DNA of 64,000 nt, taken from NCBI GenBank assembly GCA_002011035.2, contig MTLY02000001.1, forward strand, positions 128,001-192,000. Reading direction: 5' to 3'. The notes under the pieces are model-generated. The model saw nothing but the letters and a program-made list of their open reading frames with translations, ran no database searches and was not told the DNA's origin. This document shows positions 9,538 to 19,748 of this stretch, in pieces. Source of the stretch: Candidatus Hecatella orcuttiae. Lineage in GTDB: Archaea > Thermoproteota > Bathyarchaeia > Hecatellales > Hecatellaceae. The position numbers and the translations under genes are program-made. How positions within the stretch are numbered: position 1 is the first letter of the stretch; every line of letters begins with the position of its first letter.

Positions 9538-10482
9538 TTAGAGGAAGCTGAAAACGGTGAAGCTTATAGTACAAAGTATGGTTGAATGGAGGAAGCCGTT
9601 CTTGATGGAGCCGGTGCTCATTTTTCCTCCAGCCAGCCCTGAGAAGACACCTTCCACCATCGTCATGTAAAAGAAGATGGGGGTTATGATTTCCTTTGAA
9701 GCTATGGGTGCGCCGAATCCGCCGAAGGACTCCATGCCAGCTAAGCCGGGGATTCCCAAGGAGACATTGAAGAATTGTGTTGAGAGGAAGTAGGCAGTTA
9801 TGAGGAAAACGAAGAATGAGATGTATATTACCCCTATATATGGCTTCATCTGCATCATCCTTTTCCTCTCTTGTTTTTGAATCTCCCTGATGTGGCGGGC
9901 GATGGTTTCGATGCTTTCTTGAATGTCTCCTCCAGTTCGGCTGGCAGCCTGTATCATGAAGGCGGTGCGTCTAGCTAGAGGTGTGTCGCATCGTTCAGCA
10001 AACATTTGAAGCGCCTTGTCGAAAGGAACCCTCCAAGAAAGTTGAGCCACCAATTTTTTCAGCTCTCTAGTCAAAGGACCGTAGTTATGTTCTGTGGAGA
10101 CTTCTATGGCTCTTATGAGGGTCATGCCCACGGAGCCTGCTTCCGCTATCTCCTGCAACAGGGTGGGTAGGTTGTTATCTATGGCGTTTTTACGTTTGCT
10201 TTCGCGATGAAAGTAGATGGACGGAGGGATGAAAGCTGAGATCACTCCAAGGGCGATGAAGCGGTCTAGGGTTAGGGAAGCCGTATGCCCAAAAAGGGTT
10301 AGCGAAGGAGGATTGTGAGCTGTGAGAATCCCCATCAGAAAGTTTAGTGTAAACCAGGAACTAGAGAGGCTTAACATCATCCATATTGCTCTGCGCTTCG
10401 GTTTTCTCCCAGAAAACTTAGCAGGCTTATCTGCTGATTTTCTCGCCTTCAGTTTCCAGAAAGGGTTTAGGTTTATTCTCAT
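9538..10482 (-). CDS. Type II secretion F / TadC-ArlJ-like pilus platform protein
   Basis: LPTLLQEIAEAGSVGMTL..A, YGPLTREL, F..AL..FAER, AASRTGG. Confidence 0.9.
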   Translation of the reverse strand: MRINLNPFWKLKARKSADKPAKFSGRKPKRRAIWMMLSLSSSWFTLNFLMGILTAHNPPSLTLFGHTASLTLDRFIALGVISAFIPPSIYFHRESKRKNAIDNNLPTLLQEIAEAGSVGMTLIRAIEVSTEHNYGPLTRELKKLVAQLSWRVPFDKALQMFAERCDTPLARRTAFMIQAASRTGGDIQESIETIARHIREIQKQERKRMMQMKPYIGVIYISFFVFLITAYFLSTQFFNVSLGIPGLAGMESFGGFGAPIASKEIITPIFFYMTMVEGVFSGLAGGKMSTGSIKNGFLHSTILCTISFTVFSFL

Positions 10483-10489
10483 TAGCAGT

Positions 10490-11404
10490 TCACCCCTTCG
10501 GCTGAATGATGTCTATGAGAAGAATGTAGAAAGCCGCCAGCACGGGAATGATCAAAAAAGTTAGGAGGTACATAAGTTGGACGAGGTCGAATCCGGCCAG
10601 CGACCCTCCTATGGAAGCCATGATGGAGAGCATTATTATTGCAAGAAGAGGAAAAGCCGTAAACAGGAGCACATAGGTCTCGGCTAGCATCCCCAAAACA
10701 TTGAGAAACTGCTGTATTCCCATGTTTCTCCAAGCCAGAAGCTGCTTGGTCACCGTCAGGAAAAACTTCTTGACGTCGCCCCCGGTTCGAATGGTGGAGG
10801 CAAGCCCCTTCAACAGATTCATATACAAGGGGGAGGGCGCCCTTTCCGCTTCATGCTCCAAAGCCGAAAGGATATTGTAGCCCAATAGATCCATCTTTCC
10901 GATGATGGACCTCATTTCCTCGGATAAAAGTATGTCAGGGTCAGCGTTCGCAGCGGAACGTATGATCTTCTCAGGAGGGACACCGGCGCAGGACAACACA
11001 GACATGTAGCTTGCAGTGATGGGGAGAAACTGTTCCACCCGTCTTTTACGCGCATTGGCATTGAGAGACGGCAACTCATACAGAAGTAGAAAGACGCAAA
11101 CGCCGATGACGAAAGGCCCTAAGAAGACAACTGCAAAGGAGGCACCTTGAAAGGGGAGCAGAACCTGCAAGAGGGAAGGCGCTAGAAGGTTGAGGGTGAA
11201 GAAAACTCCGAAGCTTCCTACCACCGACAAGAAGGTGAGGAAGAATATCTGGCAGAGATATGCCTTAAAGCTTACTTTCATATCAGCTCGGGCTAGATCC
11301 AGTTTAAGTTTGTTGAACAAAGGGTAGATTGGGCTAAGTTTCTTTCCCAGAAGCTTGTAGCTGAAGTATGGAAGAGATCGGCTGATTCTTCCATGGGCTT
11401 TCAC
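10490..11404 (-). CDS. Type II secretion F / TadB-TadC-like pilus platform protein
   Basis: LP....YMSVLS.AG.PP, G.NI..AL...AERAPS, STIRTGGD. Confidence 0.9.
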   Translation of the reverse strand: MKAHGRISRSLPYFSYKLLGKKLSPIYPLFNKLKLDLARADMKVSFKAYLCQIFFLTFLSVVGSFGVFFTLNLLAPSLLQVLLPFQGASFAVVFLGPFVIGVCVFLLLYELPSLNANARKRRVEQFLPITASYMSVLSCAGVPPEKIIRSAANADPDILLSEEMRSIIGKMDLLGYNILSALEHEAERAPSPLYMNLLKGLASTIRTGGDVKKFFLTVTKQLLAWRNMGIQQFLNVLGMLAETYVLLFTAFPLLAIIMLSIMASIGGSLAGFDLVQLMYLLTFLIIPVLAAFYILLIDIIQPKG

Positions 11405-13173
11405 TGAGCCTTCTCCCCCCTTTCTATCTTTTTCATCAGCATAGAAGGATTCAAGTAGTAGGATCGGATGATCTCCACCACGTCCTTGTAGTTGTTAACG
11501 CGGTTTTTCACCATCCATTCGAGGACTTTCCGCCTGTTCTCTAACTCGCGTTCTATCTGCTCGTAGCTCATCCCCCTTTCATTCACAAGCCTGTCGAGAA
11601 AGTCGCTTCGCCCGGAGTAAACATGAGAGTCGGTTCTAGGATTCCATGTGAAAATGTCGCGGGTTATGATCTCCTTGGACACAGGGTCTAAGCCTAGGAT
11701 CTCTGTAACCTTGATTATTCTTCTGACGGATTTGCCCCCTAAGTTAACTCTTGCCTGAACGACGATGAACCCCAGCGTCGCTATCAGCGACCTCGGTATG
11801 TTCATTGGCTCACTCTCCAGCCGGTGCACCGCCGCCTCAACAGAGTCCGCATGTAAGGTTGAAAGACCGCCGTGGCCTGTTGCCACCGCTTGGGCTAAAG
11901 TGTAAGCCTCCGAGCCTCTGACCTCCCCTACGATGAGGTAGTCGGGCCTCTGCCTCATGGCGTTTTTCAACAAGTCGAAGAGAGTTATCTCCGACTGTCT
12001 GCCGCTTACACCAAATCCTGTTCTCACAACGGAGGGAAGCCAGTTTTCATGGGGCAGCTGCAGTTCCGCTGTGTCCTCTATGGAGATGATTTTTAAGGTC
12101 GGCTTTATGAACATGGATAACATGTTGATGGTAGTAGTTTTACCTGAGGCTGTTCCTCCAGCTACTAGGATCGACGCCCTGTTCTCTATGACGTACCAGA
12201 ACCAAGCAGCAAGCTCAGCTGATAAGGTGTTGCTGAGGATGAGGTCTGTTACGGTCAGAGGATTTTCGCGGAATTTTCTTATGGTGAAGGAGGAGCCTCT
12301 ACGGGTGACTTCCTTCTCGTAGGTTACCTGCAGTCTACTCCCATCTGGCAGGGTGGCATCCACCACGGGTTGAGCTATAGATACAGCTCTCTTGGTTATG
12401 TCCGTCAGCTTCACTACGAATCTGTCCAGCTCTTCCGGTGTTGAGAACACTACGTTTGTGGGTATGGACTCGTATTTTCTATGCCAGATGTAGACGGGTA
12501 ATCCGTGGCCGTTGCAAGATATGTCCTCAATGTAAGGGTCTTGCATGAGAGGGTCGATCTTGTCGTATCGGATGAAATCTCGGAGAATGTAGTACTTTAC
12601 TTTATCCAAGGTCTCCGGGCTGAGTTTCATGCGATACTTTTCAACTAGCTTCTCAACCTGATCTATCAAATACTGTTCAGCTTTCTCAACCGATCCTATC
12701 TTTCTTACGTCCACATCTAGTTCGTCGATCAAAAGTTCCTTTATCTCCTCAAGCTGCCACCTTTCCGTTTCCATGAGAGAAGGTTCGATTACCCTGTATT
12801 TTATCTGGCCTGAGCTCTCTTTGACTATCTGAACCCGCGCCAGCCCTCCCTTTAGTTCATACTGCTCTATCAGGGAAACGTTAGGCTCGTTTGGTTCTGG
12901 TAGCTCAAGGGGTTCCGTTTTCTTTTTCTGTCTTCTTACTACCTCCTTGTATAGCTTTTCGATGGAGCTTTTCCATAAATGATCCGGCATGATGATAACG
13001 GCTTCAGATAACTCCTCGGAAGCCAGTACAGCTTTCAGATCCTTTTTCAGCATCGCCTTTCCATCTTTACCGAATCTCTTTTTGTAGATGGATTCAAGTT
13101 CACGGTATAGACTGTCAGCCTTCTTCCCACCCCTCAGAATATTCCACTTTCCGAGACTCATCTTCATAACCAT
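11401..13173 (-). CDS. Type IV pilus assembly ATPase (VirB11/TadA/ArlI family)
   Basis: EDISCNG, FTIRKF, Walker A GGTASGKTT, SIEDTAEL, RQRPDYLIVGEVRG, TGHGGLSTLHA. Confidence 0.96.
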   Translation of the reverse strand: MVMKMSLGKWNILRGGKKADSLYRELESIYKKRFGKDGKAMLKKDLKAVLASEELSEAVIIMPDHLWKSSIEKLYKEVVRRQKKKTEPLELPEPNEPNVSLIEQYELKGGLARVQIVKESSGQIKYRVIEPSLMETERWQLEEIKELLIDELDVDVRKIGSVEKAEQYLIDQVEKLVEKYRMKLSPETLDKVKYYILRDFIRYDKIDPLMQDPYIEDISCNGHGLPVYIWHRKYESIPTNVVFSTPEELDRFVVKLTDITKRAVSIAQPVVDATLPDGSRLQVTYEKEVTRRGSSFTIRKFRENPLTVTDLILSNTLSAELAAWFWYVIENRASILVAGGTASGKTTTINMLSMFIKPTLKIISIEDTAELQLPHENWLPSVVRTGFGVSGRQSEITLFDLLKNAMRQRPDYLIVGEVRGSEAYTLAQAVATGHGGLSTLHADSVEAAVHRLESEPMNIPRSLIATLGFIVVQARVNLGGKSVRRIIKVTEILGLDPVSKEIITRDIFTWNPRTDSHVYSGRSDFLDRLVNERGMSYEQIERELENRRKVLEWMVKNRVNNYKDVVEIIRSYYLNPSMLMKKIERGEKAQ

Positions 13174-13215
13174 CTGCCCTATTCCTCCTGCAGATGAAGA
13201 TGGAGGGTGATGTTT

Positions 13216-14244
13216 TCAAGTGGTTCTAATGGCGACAAAAGGTATGGTCACCCCCATCTGCTCCCCGTTAACCTCGTAGTAGAGTCCTATGAAAACGATG
13301 TAACGGGTGCTGCTGGAGAGATCACGGGGAGTATCTCCTCCCATCTCCGTGGCGCTGAACTTAACTATCAGCGGCGGACCACCTGCTTGATAGTCTCCCT
13401 GCGCATTGGGCAGCAAAATGTAAGGGTCATTATCTTCATCGTAGGACACAACACCGGGAGTTCCCCCGGGATAGTCGGTAAGGGGGCTGACGATGAAGAA
13501 GGCTTCTGGAACAGGGTTACCGGACTCCTTAAACTCCATGGCATAGAACACGCTCTGTTTGAGAAGTTTCAACTCATACGGGCCTATGTTGGTGAGTTTC
13601 ACATACCACACCAAAGGCGTGGCACCCGGGACTACCCACCCCGGAGCAGGGGTAGTCTGGCTTGGCGAAGTATAATTAACCGAGGTATAGGTTAGGTCGA
13701 GCCTGATGGGGCCCAGGTTAACTTGACTTGCCCAAACTGCACTTGTCGATCGCTGGTATTCCGCTGTGAAAATTCTTCCTCTTTCGGTGACGAGTTTAAC
13801 AGTGTAGAGGGCTCCGTCGTTGAGGTTTCGGTCGGTTTTCACATGAATTCTTTTCTCCAATTCACCGCTGTCCAGAAAGTTGTTGGTGATGCCGGGGACG
13901 GTCGGGGATTCCTGTTCGTCGAGAACTGTCAAAAGGTCGCTGCTGTTGCTGTAGATGTAGATCCGCGCCACTTTAACTCCGACGCCTCCAACGTTACTGA
14001 CTACCACATCGAATTCGTAGCCTGCCTCTGAACTGGTGAAGTTGACGAGGGCCGGGTTTCCAAACTCTAGGTTTTCACTGAACCTTTCAGTGTCCAAGCG
14101 GTTCATCTGCTCTGTCACTTCTCTTAATGTCTCTTGCTGAACTAACATCCAGAAGATGGCGTTGAGAGATGAAACGGTAATTAACACCACAAAGATGCCG
14201 CCGATGACGGTGCTCAAACCTTGCCTGCTCTTGAAGAGCCTCAC
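13216..14244 (-). CDS. Large archaeal type IV pilin-like protein
   Basis: Class III signal KSRQG|LSTVIGGIFVVLITV; NVGG..V..ARIY and K.VTERG..F pilin motifs. Confidence 0.8.
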   Translation of the reverse strand: MRLFKSRQGLSTVIGGIFVVLITVSSLNAIFWMLVQQETLREVTEQMNRLDTERFSENLEFGNPALVNFTSSEAGYEFDVVVSNVGGVGVKVARIYIYSNSSDLLTVLDEQESPTVPGITNNFLDSGELEKRIHVKTDRNLNDGALYTVKLVTERGRIFTAEYQRSTSAVWASQVNLGPIRLDLTYTSVNYTSPSQTTPAPGWVVPGATPLVWYVKLTNIGPYELKLLKQSVFYAMEFKESGNPVPEAFFIVSPLTDYPGGTPGVVSYDEDNDPYILLPNAQGDYQAGGPPLIVKFSATEMGGDTPRDLSSSTRYIVFIGLYYEVNGEQMGVTIPFVAIRTT

Positions 14245-14258
14245 ATCGGCAGCCTCCT

Positions 14259-14732
14259 CTACCTCGCTTCCCAGTAGACGGTGTAGGTGTTTCCTCTACT
14301 TGAGAGAATCTCTATTTCCTTAAGGGCGCTTGGAGAGACTTTTTCCGTTAACGTGACCTCCAACTTTCCCACCTGGTTCATTCCTAGTTCCAGCGGTAGT
14401 TCAGGGGTCGTAACATCTTCCTTCACGCCGTCGACGTAGACTTCCTCGATGATGAGGTGGATCGTTCCGATGTTGCGTATGTACAATTCCACTTGGTCGT
14501 AGAGGCCGTCATCGTCGCCGTCCACAAACCAGACATGTTCGATGATGAAACGTTCTTTGGCTGAGCTACTTCTGTCTGACAGGTAAAAGCTCACTTGGCT
14601 TTGGTAGGCTCCGTAGCCTGTTACAGTCCATGCGAAGAGGGTTGTGCCTACGGCGGCGACCATGGCCATGATCAAAAGGTTTGCCACGATAGTTGAAACA
14701 GCTTTGCGGCTTCTGTGGAGCGGTGGATTCAT
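14259..14732 (-). CDS. Archaeal type IV pilin
   Basis: RSRKA|VSTIVANLLIM class III signal; ERFIIEHV, RNIG, I.SSRGN; ATG 14732 preferred over 14774 because GGGGAGG precedes it. Confidence 0.85.
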   Translation of the reverse strand: MNPPLHRSRKAVSTIVANLLIMAMVAAVGTTLFAWTVTGYGAYQSQVSFYLSDRSSSAKERFIIEHVWFVDGDDDGLYDQVELYIRNIGTIHLIIEEVYVDGVKEDVTTPELPLELGMNQVGKLEVTLTEKVSPSALKEIEILSSRGNTYTVYWEAR

Positions 14733-14769
14733 TTTTAGCCTCCCCGCACCCTCAACATGTATGTCTATG

Positions 14770-14785
14770 AGCATATTAATATGCT
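14770..14785. promoter_or_regulatory. Perfect 16-bp palindrome AGCATATTAATATGCT in the pilus operon promoter (candidate operator)
   Basis: Self-complementary sequence with an AT core about 40 bp upstream of the pilin start. Confidence 0.5.
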
Positions 14786-14830
14786 TTTTTATTTTTAGAA
14801 AAATATTCTCAAACAGTTAAAAAGCAAACC

Positions 14831-15364
14831 TTAGGCTTCGCCCTTAACCTCAAATATCAGAGGAGAAGTTAAGGTTCTCGCTTCAAGCTGACAGCCCAAG
14901 AGCTCCTCTAAAAACCCCAGCAAAAGGGTTGAATCAAAAAAAGGATTCTTCACCACAATAAACTTCTCCCGAAGGCTGAAATCGCCGAAGCCTAAGACAC
15001 GGAGGCGTTTGAACAAGTTGGGCCAATTCTCCCTTTTTGTCGTGTCCATGCCTTGGTCGACTTGGGTGGTGTGGCGGAAGGAAGAACCTATCCTTCTTCC
15101 AGCTTCCCGCCATTTTTCCTTGGGAATGAACTCTGCGAGGATGTTGACGGTGTCCCGGCTTACGAAGGCTACGCGGCTGCTTCCGTGATAATACTCTCCT
15201 GGGTATTTCCAGTCGTAGATGGCCATACTGCGGTAGATGTCAAACATCTTGGAGATGAACGGCTTTATTCCGGGCTCCTTTCCTTCCGCTATCAGTTTTT
15301 CTAGAAATTCCCGGTCGCCTTTTTCAAGAATGATAGTGGTTCTTTTGCTTCGCTCTTCTCTCAT
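14831..15364 (-). CDS. Putative transcription regulator: RHH-like N-terminus plus V4R-like domain
   Basis: KRTTIILEKGDREFLEKLIAEG strand-helix-helix; RVAFVS..., EAGRRIG, LRVLGFGDF resemble V4R/XylR_N-type domains. Confidence 0.55.
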   Translation of the reverse strand: MREERSKRTTIILEKGDREFLEKLIAEGKEPGIKPFISKMFDIYRSMAIYDWKYPGEYYHGSSRVAFVSRDTVNILAEFIPKEKWREAGRRIGSSFRHTTQVDQGMDTTKRENWPNLFKRLRVLGFGDFSLREKFIVVKNPFFDSTLLLGFLEELLGCQLEARTLTSPLIFEVKGEA

Positions 15365-15573
15365 GGTGGACCACTGGATAGCCGGAGGTCATAGGTAAGC
15401 ATACATAGGCATAATATCAAATGCCTTCCACCTAAATATCCTTTTCTTCCTTCAGAAACTTCCCTGCCGACTAAGCTCTCAAGGTAGCTCTGTTCAGCTT
15501 AACAGAAAACATTAGAAAGAAGACTGATAATAATAAGAGCTAGAATTTTAAGCCATGTCCAAGGCGCCTCAAA

Positions 15574-16356
15574 ATGGCTGAAGAATGGAGACTGGTCGAC
15601 GCGGAGTTTCCAGATCCTCGCAAGAATCTAGCCCTTGAAGAAACCCTTCTGCGAGCGCTCCAAGAAAACCCAGAAGCCTCTAATACCCTTAGGCTTTGGC
15701 GGAATCCGAAGGCAGTGGTTGTGGGGCGCTTCCAGAAAGTCCCATGGGAAGTGAACGTTAAACTGTGCAGGAGGCTCAGCGTCCCTATCCTCCGGAGGTG
15801 CAGCGGAGGCGGGGCTGTATACCATGACCCAAATAACCTTAATTGGTCTCTTTTCATGAGGCTTAAAAAAGACCCTTTGGCAGCTGAGCCGGTGACAAGT
15901 TTCTTCAAACTTGCCGGCGAATGTGTTATCCGAGGGTTGAAGCGCCTTCACCTTGAGGCCTTCTTCAAGCCGCCCAACACCATCGCCGTGGCTGATGGGA
16001 AAATATCCGGCATGGCCATGTGCATCAGAAAAAATACGCTTCTTTGCCATGGAACTCTCCTAGTCGCCACAGACCTTCAAACCTTGCAAGACATATTACA
16101 GCCCAAGAAAAATGTTTCTGAGGGGGAAAAGCCGTTTACGAGAAGCAGAAGGGAAAAAGTGACTTCCCTCGAAAAAATTCTAGGGAAACCTCCCTCCATG
16201 GTAGAGGTTAGAGAAGCGTTGAGGAAAGGCGTTGAGGAAACCTTAGGCGTCAGGGTGAAGAAAGGCGATCTGACCGCTTGGGAGAGAGAAGCTTTGGAGA
16301 AAATCTGGAGGGAAAAATATTCCACGGACTCTTGGAACCTTTCCACGCCGGGTTGA
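15574..16356 (+). CDS. lplA: Lipoate-protein ligase A family
   Basis: NLALEE.L, LRLWRN..AVVVGRFQ, RR.SGGGAVYHD, KISG.A, HGTLL. Confidence 0.93.
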   Translation: MAEEWRLVDAEFPDPRKNLALEETLLRALQENPEASNTLRLWRNPKAVVVGRFQKVPWEVNVKLCRRLSVPILRRCSGGGAVYHDPNNLNWSLFMRLKKDPLAAEPVTSFFKLAGECVIRGLKRLHLEAFFKPPNTIAVADGKISGMAMCIRKNTLLCHGTLLVATDLQTLQDILQPKKNVSEGEKPFTRSRREKVTSLEKILGKPPSMVEVREALRKGVEETLGVRVKKGDLTAWEREALEKIWREKYSTDSWNLSTPG

Positions 16357-16365
16357 CGGGGTCCT

Positions 16366-17571
16366 TTAAAGCATGAGCAAGTAGGGGTTCTCCAGCAGTT
16401 GTTTGACCTTCTGGAGAAACAGGGCTGCAGGCACCCCGTCGGTTATCCTGTGATCGAAGACCAGCGAGAGGACTGCCGTAGATTTGATGTGAAGAGAGCC
16501 GTTCTCTACCACGGGCTTTTTCACAGCCTTGCCCATCCCTAGGATGGCGCAGTGAGGAGGATTGATAACTGGAATGAAAACTTCCACACCATATCCGCCC
16601 AAGTTGGTGACGGTGAAAGTCCCCCCGGTTAGATCTTCCAACGTCAGCCGGCTGCTTCTGGCCTTCTCCGCCAAATGGCTGATAGCCTGGGATATTTCCA
16701 CCAGCGTTTTCCTGTCGGCGTTGGGGATCACCGGCGCGGTTAGGCCTTCAGACGTGTGGATGGCTACGGCGATGTTTATGTCCCTGAAAACCTTGACCTC
16801 GCCTCCCTCCAGAGACGAGTTGAGTATGGGATGGTCCTCCAAGGCCTTAGCGGCTGCCTTGACCAGTAGGGCGGTGACGGAGACTTCCTTGGAGGTTCCC
16901 ACCAGCTTCAGCGCATGCTCCATGTCCACCTCCATCGTTAACGTCGCGGGAACCGTTGTGCGGAAACTGTAGGAGAGCCGCTCCGCCACCGTCTTCCTCA
17001 CCCCTGAGAAAGGTATGCTCTCAGCTACCTCCGGGGCTCTGACTTCAAACCCCGTGGGCTCCAGCTGGGCTGCGGGCTTGACTTCAGGAGCCGCCTTCCC
17101 CATTTTCTTTTCCACAGCCCGAAGCACGTCTTCCCTGACTATTCTCCCACCGGGGCCTGTGCCCCTGAGGGTAGTCAGGTCTATTCCATGCTTTTCCGCA
17201 AGCTTCCGGGCGAGCGGAGAAGCCTTAACCCGCCGCTCCTCCCTCTCCAAGGTCGCTGCCGGCTTCTCACCAATGGCCGGAGCCGCAGCCTCAACCGGTG
17301 GGGGTTCGGCTGCTCCCACTTCTGGAAGCGGTTCCCCCGGCTCTCCGAGAAGGGCCATGACAGCGGCCACAGGGACGTCGGAGCCATCGCCGTAGATTAT
17401 CTTTCGGAGGACGCCCGACTGGGGAGCTGCCATTTCTAGGGTGGTTTTTTCGCCTTCCACCAACACTAAGGGTTCGCCTTTCCTGACGGGTTCTCCCTCC
17501 TTCTTGAGCCATCGGATGACCTTTCCGCTCTGCATGCCGGGGTCAAACCGGGGCATCATGATCTCGTGCAA
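16366..17571 (-). CDS. 2-oxoacid/acetoin dehydrogenase E2 (dihydrolipoamide acyltransferase)
   Basis: Lipoyl domain VEGEKT, PSBD ASPLARKLA..GTGPGGRI, GGTFTVTNLG, DHRITDG. Confidence 0.95.
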   Translation of the reverse strand: MHEIMMPRFDPGMQSGKVIRWLKKEGEPVRKGEPLVLVEGEKTTLEMAAPQSGVLRKIIYGDGSDVPVAAVMALLGEPGEPLPEVGAAEPPPVEAAAPAIGEKPAATLEREERRVKASPLARKLAEKHGIDLTTLRGTGPGGRIVREDVLRAVEKKMGKAAPEVKPAAQLEPTGFEVRAPEVAESIPFSGVRKTVAERLSYSFRTTVPATLTMEVDMEHALKLVGTSKEVSVTALLVKAAAKALEDHPILNSSLEGGEVKVFRDINIAVAIHTSEGLTAPVIPNADRKTLVEISQAISHLAEKARSSRLTLEDLTGGTFTVTNLGGYGVEVFIPVINPPHCAILGMGKAVKKPVVENGSLHIKSTAVLSLVFDHRITDGVPAALFLQKVKQLLENPYLLML

Positions 17572-17581
17572 GGATGATTCC

Positions 17582-18556
17582 TCATTTCAGCAGCTTGCGA
17601 GCGGCTTGAACTATCTTGTCACTGTTGGGCATGTATTCCCGCTCTAAGGAGGGGGAGAAGGGCACAGGCATGTCAGGGGAAGCCACCCGCAGGATGGGGG
17701 CGTCCAAGTAGTCGAAGGCTTCTTCCATCACCGAAGCGGCGATCTCGGCTCCTATGCCCCCTGTCTTAACGTCGTCCTCAGCTATGATAAGCACACCTGT
17801 TCTCCTGACCGAGTCTAGGATGGCTGCGAGATCCAAAGGCCGGAGGGACCTAGGGTCGATGACTTCGGCTTCGATGCCTTCCTCCTCCAGTTTCTGCGCG
17901 GCTGCTAGGGCTTCATGGACGGCCCTGGAAAAGGCGACGACGGTTAGGCTGTTTCCCCTCCTCTTGACCTCCGCCTTCCCCAAGGGGACAAAGTGTTCTC
18001 CTTCAGGGACAGGGCCTTTCATCCGGTAGAGAAGGCCTGTTTCCACGAACAGGACGGGGTCCTCATCTCTGATGGCCGCCTTCAGCAGGCCTTTGGCATC
18101 CGAGGGCGTGGATGGCAGGACAACTTTCAAACCTGGGACGTTAAGAAACCACACGGGGAAAAACTGGGAGTGCTGGGAGCCGTGAACCCTACCTAAGCTG
18201 TACTGGGTTCTCACCACCATGGGGACACTCAGCTTCCCCCCGCTCATGAAGCGCATCTTCGCCGCTTGGGTCACCAGCTGGTCGGAGCAAATGGTCATGA
18301 AATCCATATACATGATCTCAGCCACAGGCCTCAGCCCCATGAGGGCGGCGCCAATGGCTGAGCCGACGATGGCGCTTTCGGAAATGGGAGTATCCCTAAC
18401 TCTCTCAGGGCCGAACTCCTCCAAAAGGCCCTGAGTTACCTTGTAGGCTCCTCCGTAGACTCCGATGTCCTCTCCCATGAGAATAACCCGGGAGTCGCGT
18501 AGCATTTCCTCCCTCAATGCTTCACGTAGAGCTTCGCTGTAGGTCAGCTCCCTCAT
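17582..18556 (-). CDS. 2-oxoacid/acetoin dehydrogenase E1 beta
   Basis: GEDIGVYGGAYKVT, DTPISES, RPVAEIMYMDF, HSQ. Confidence 0.95.
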   Translation of the reverse strand: MRELTYSEALREALREEMLRDSRVILMGEDIGVYGGAYKVTQGLLEEFGPERVRDTPISESAIVGSAIGAALMGLRPVAEIMYMDFMTICSDQLVTQAAKMRFMSGGKLSVPMVVRTQYSLGRVHGSQHSQFFPVWFLNVPGLKVVLPSTPSDAKGLLKAAIRDEDPVLFVETGLLYRMKGPVPEGEHFVPLGKAEVKRRGNSLTVVAFSRAVHEALAAAQKLEEEGIEAEVIDPRSLRPLDLAAILDSVRRTGVLIIAEDDVKTGGIGAEIAASVMEEAFDYLDAPILRVASPDMPVPFSPSLEREYMPNSDKIVQAARKLLK

Positions 18557-18557
18557 T

Positions 18558-19586
18558 TTACTCCCCTACAAAGTAGACGTACTTCTCCAACTCGGAGAAG
18601 GAGAGAACGTTGCTGCTCTGGGCGAACTTCACAGAATCCTCCACTTCCCTCTTTACCTCATTCTCCAAACTATCCATCTCAGCAGCCGTCAAAAGGCCGG
18701 CTTCAAGGACTACTCGACGGAAGCGGGTGAGAGGGTCCTTTTTCAACCCTTCCTCCACCTCGCCCGGAGGCCTGTACTCAGCCTTGTCGTAGACTCCGTG
18801 GCCCTTCCGCCTGTAGGTTTTGCATTCGAGGAAAGTAGGCCCTTCTCCCCTCCGGGCTCTTTCCGCCGCCTGCGCTGTCGCCGCGTAGACGGCTGCCACA
18901 TCGTTTCCGTTCACCGCCATGCAGTTCACGCCGTAGGCTAAACCCCTAGCGGCTATGCTTTCCACAGCCATGGTTCGCTCCACCTTGGTGGACATGGCAT
19001 ACATGTTATTTTCGCAAATGAAGAGCACTGGCACCCTCCAGAGAGCGGCCAAGTTCATTCCTTCATGGAAAGCCCCCGTGTTGACGGCTCCGTCTCCAAA
19101 GAAAACAGCTGCCACACGGCCGGCTTTCTCCCGCTGCAAAGCCAAGCCAACTCCCACGGCAATGGGTATGCCGCTTCCCACGATGGCGGAGGAATAAAGC
19201 GCCCCTTTTTCAGGGTAGATGGCCACATGCATGGAGCCCCCGAGGCCTTTACAGGTTCCTGCAGCCTTCCCGAAGAGCTCCGCCATCACCAGCCTTGGGG
19301 GAATGTCCTTAGCTAAGGCGTGGCCGTGGCCTCGATGGTTAGAGATTATCGGGTCATCGCTGCGTAGGGCTGCAACGGCTCCGACGGCTATGGCCTCCTG
19401 CCCATAGCACAGGTGCGCCGGGCCGATGAGCAAACCTTTGACGAGAAAGAGCTCCTCCACCTTCTCCTCGAACAGCCGTATCTCCACCATCTTCCTCCAC
19501 ATCCACAGCAACTTTTCTCTTGTGAGTCCATGTTTGGAGTAATCTGCGGGAGGAACGTCTTCAACGACGGAAACCGAAGCCACCAT
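18558..19586 (-). CDS. 2-oxoacid/acetoin dehydrogenase E1 alpha
   Basis: HL..GQEA, HRGHGH, GGSMH, TPP motif GDGA...ENN, TYR..GH. Confidence 0.95.
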   Translation of the reverse strand: MVASVSVVEDVPPADYSKHGLTREKLLWMWRKMVEIRLFEEKVEELFLVKGLLIGPAHLCYGQEAIAVGAVAALRSDDPIISNHRGHGHALAKDIPPRLVMAELFGKAAGTCKGLGGSMHVAIYPEKGALYSSAIVGSGIPIAVGVGLALQREKAGRVAAVFFGDGAVNTGAFHEGMNLAALWRVPVLFICENNMYAMSTKVERTMAVESIAARGLAYGVNCMAVNGNDVAAVYAATAQAAERARRGEGPTFLECKTYRRKGHGVYDKAEYRPPGEVEEGLKKDPLTRFRRVVLEAGLLTAAEMDSLENEVKREVEDSVKFAQSSNVLSFSELEKYVYFVGE

Positions 19587-19748
19587 CCACCGCCTCTACT
19601 TAAGGTGAATCTGATAATTTTAAAAGTTTTTACACAGAACCCTATGCGCAGCATTTCCGCGGAAAAAATTTTCCGTTCTTGAGGGCTCTCTTAACTCTTG
19701 GAAAAGATTAAAAACATAGGGAGGCAACATAAATTTGCGGTGAAACCC

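Noticed and set aside
9538-14732. Archaellum operon
   Set aside because: No ArlH/ArlF/ArlG-like genes or archaellin-type N-terminus; two separate platform genes fit an adhesive pilus
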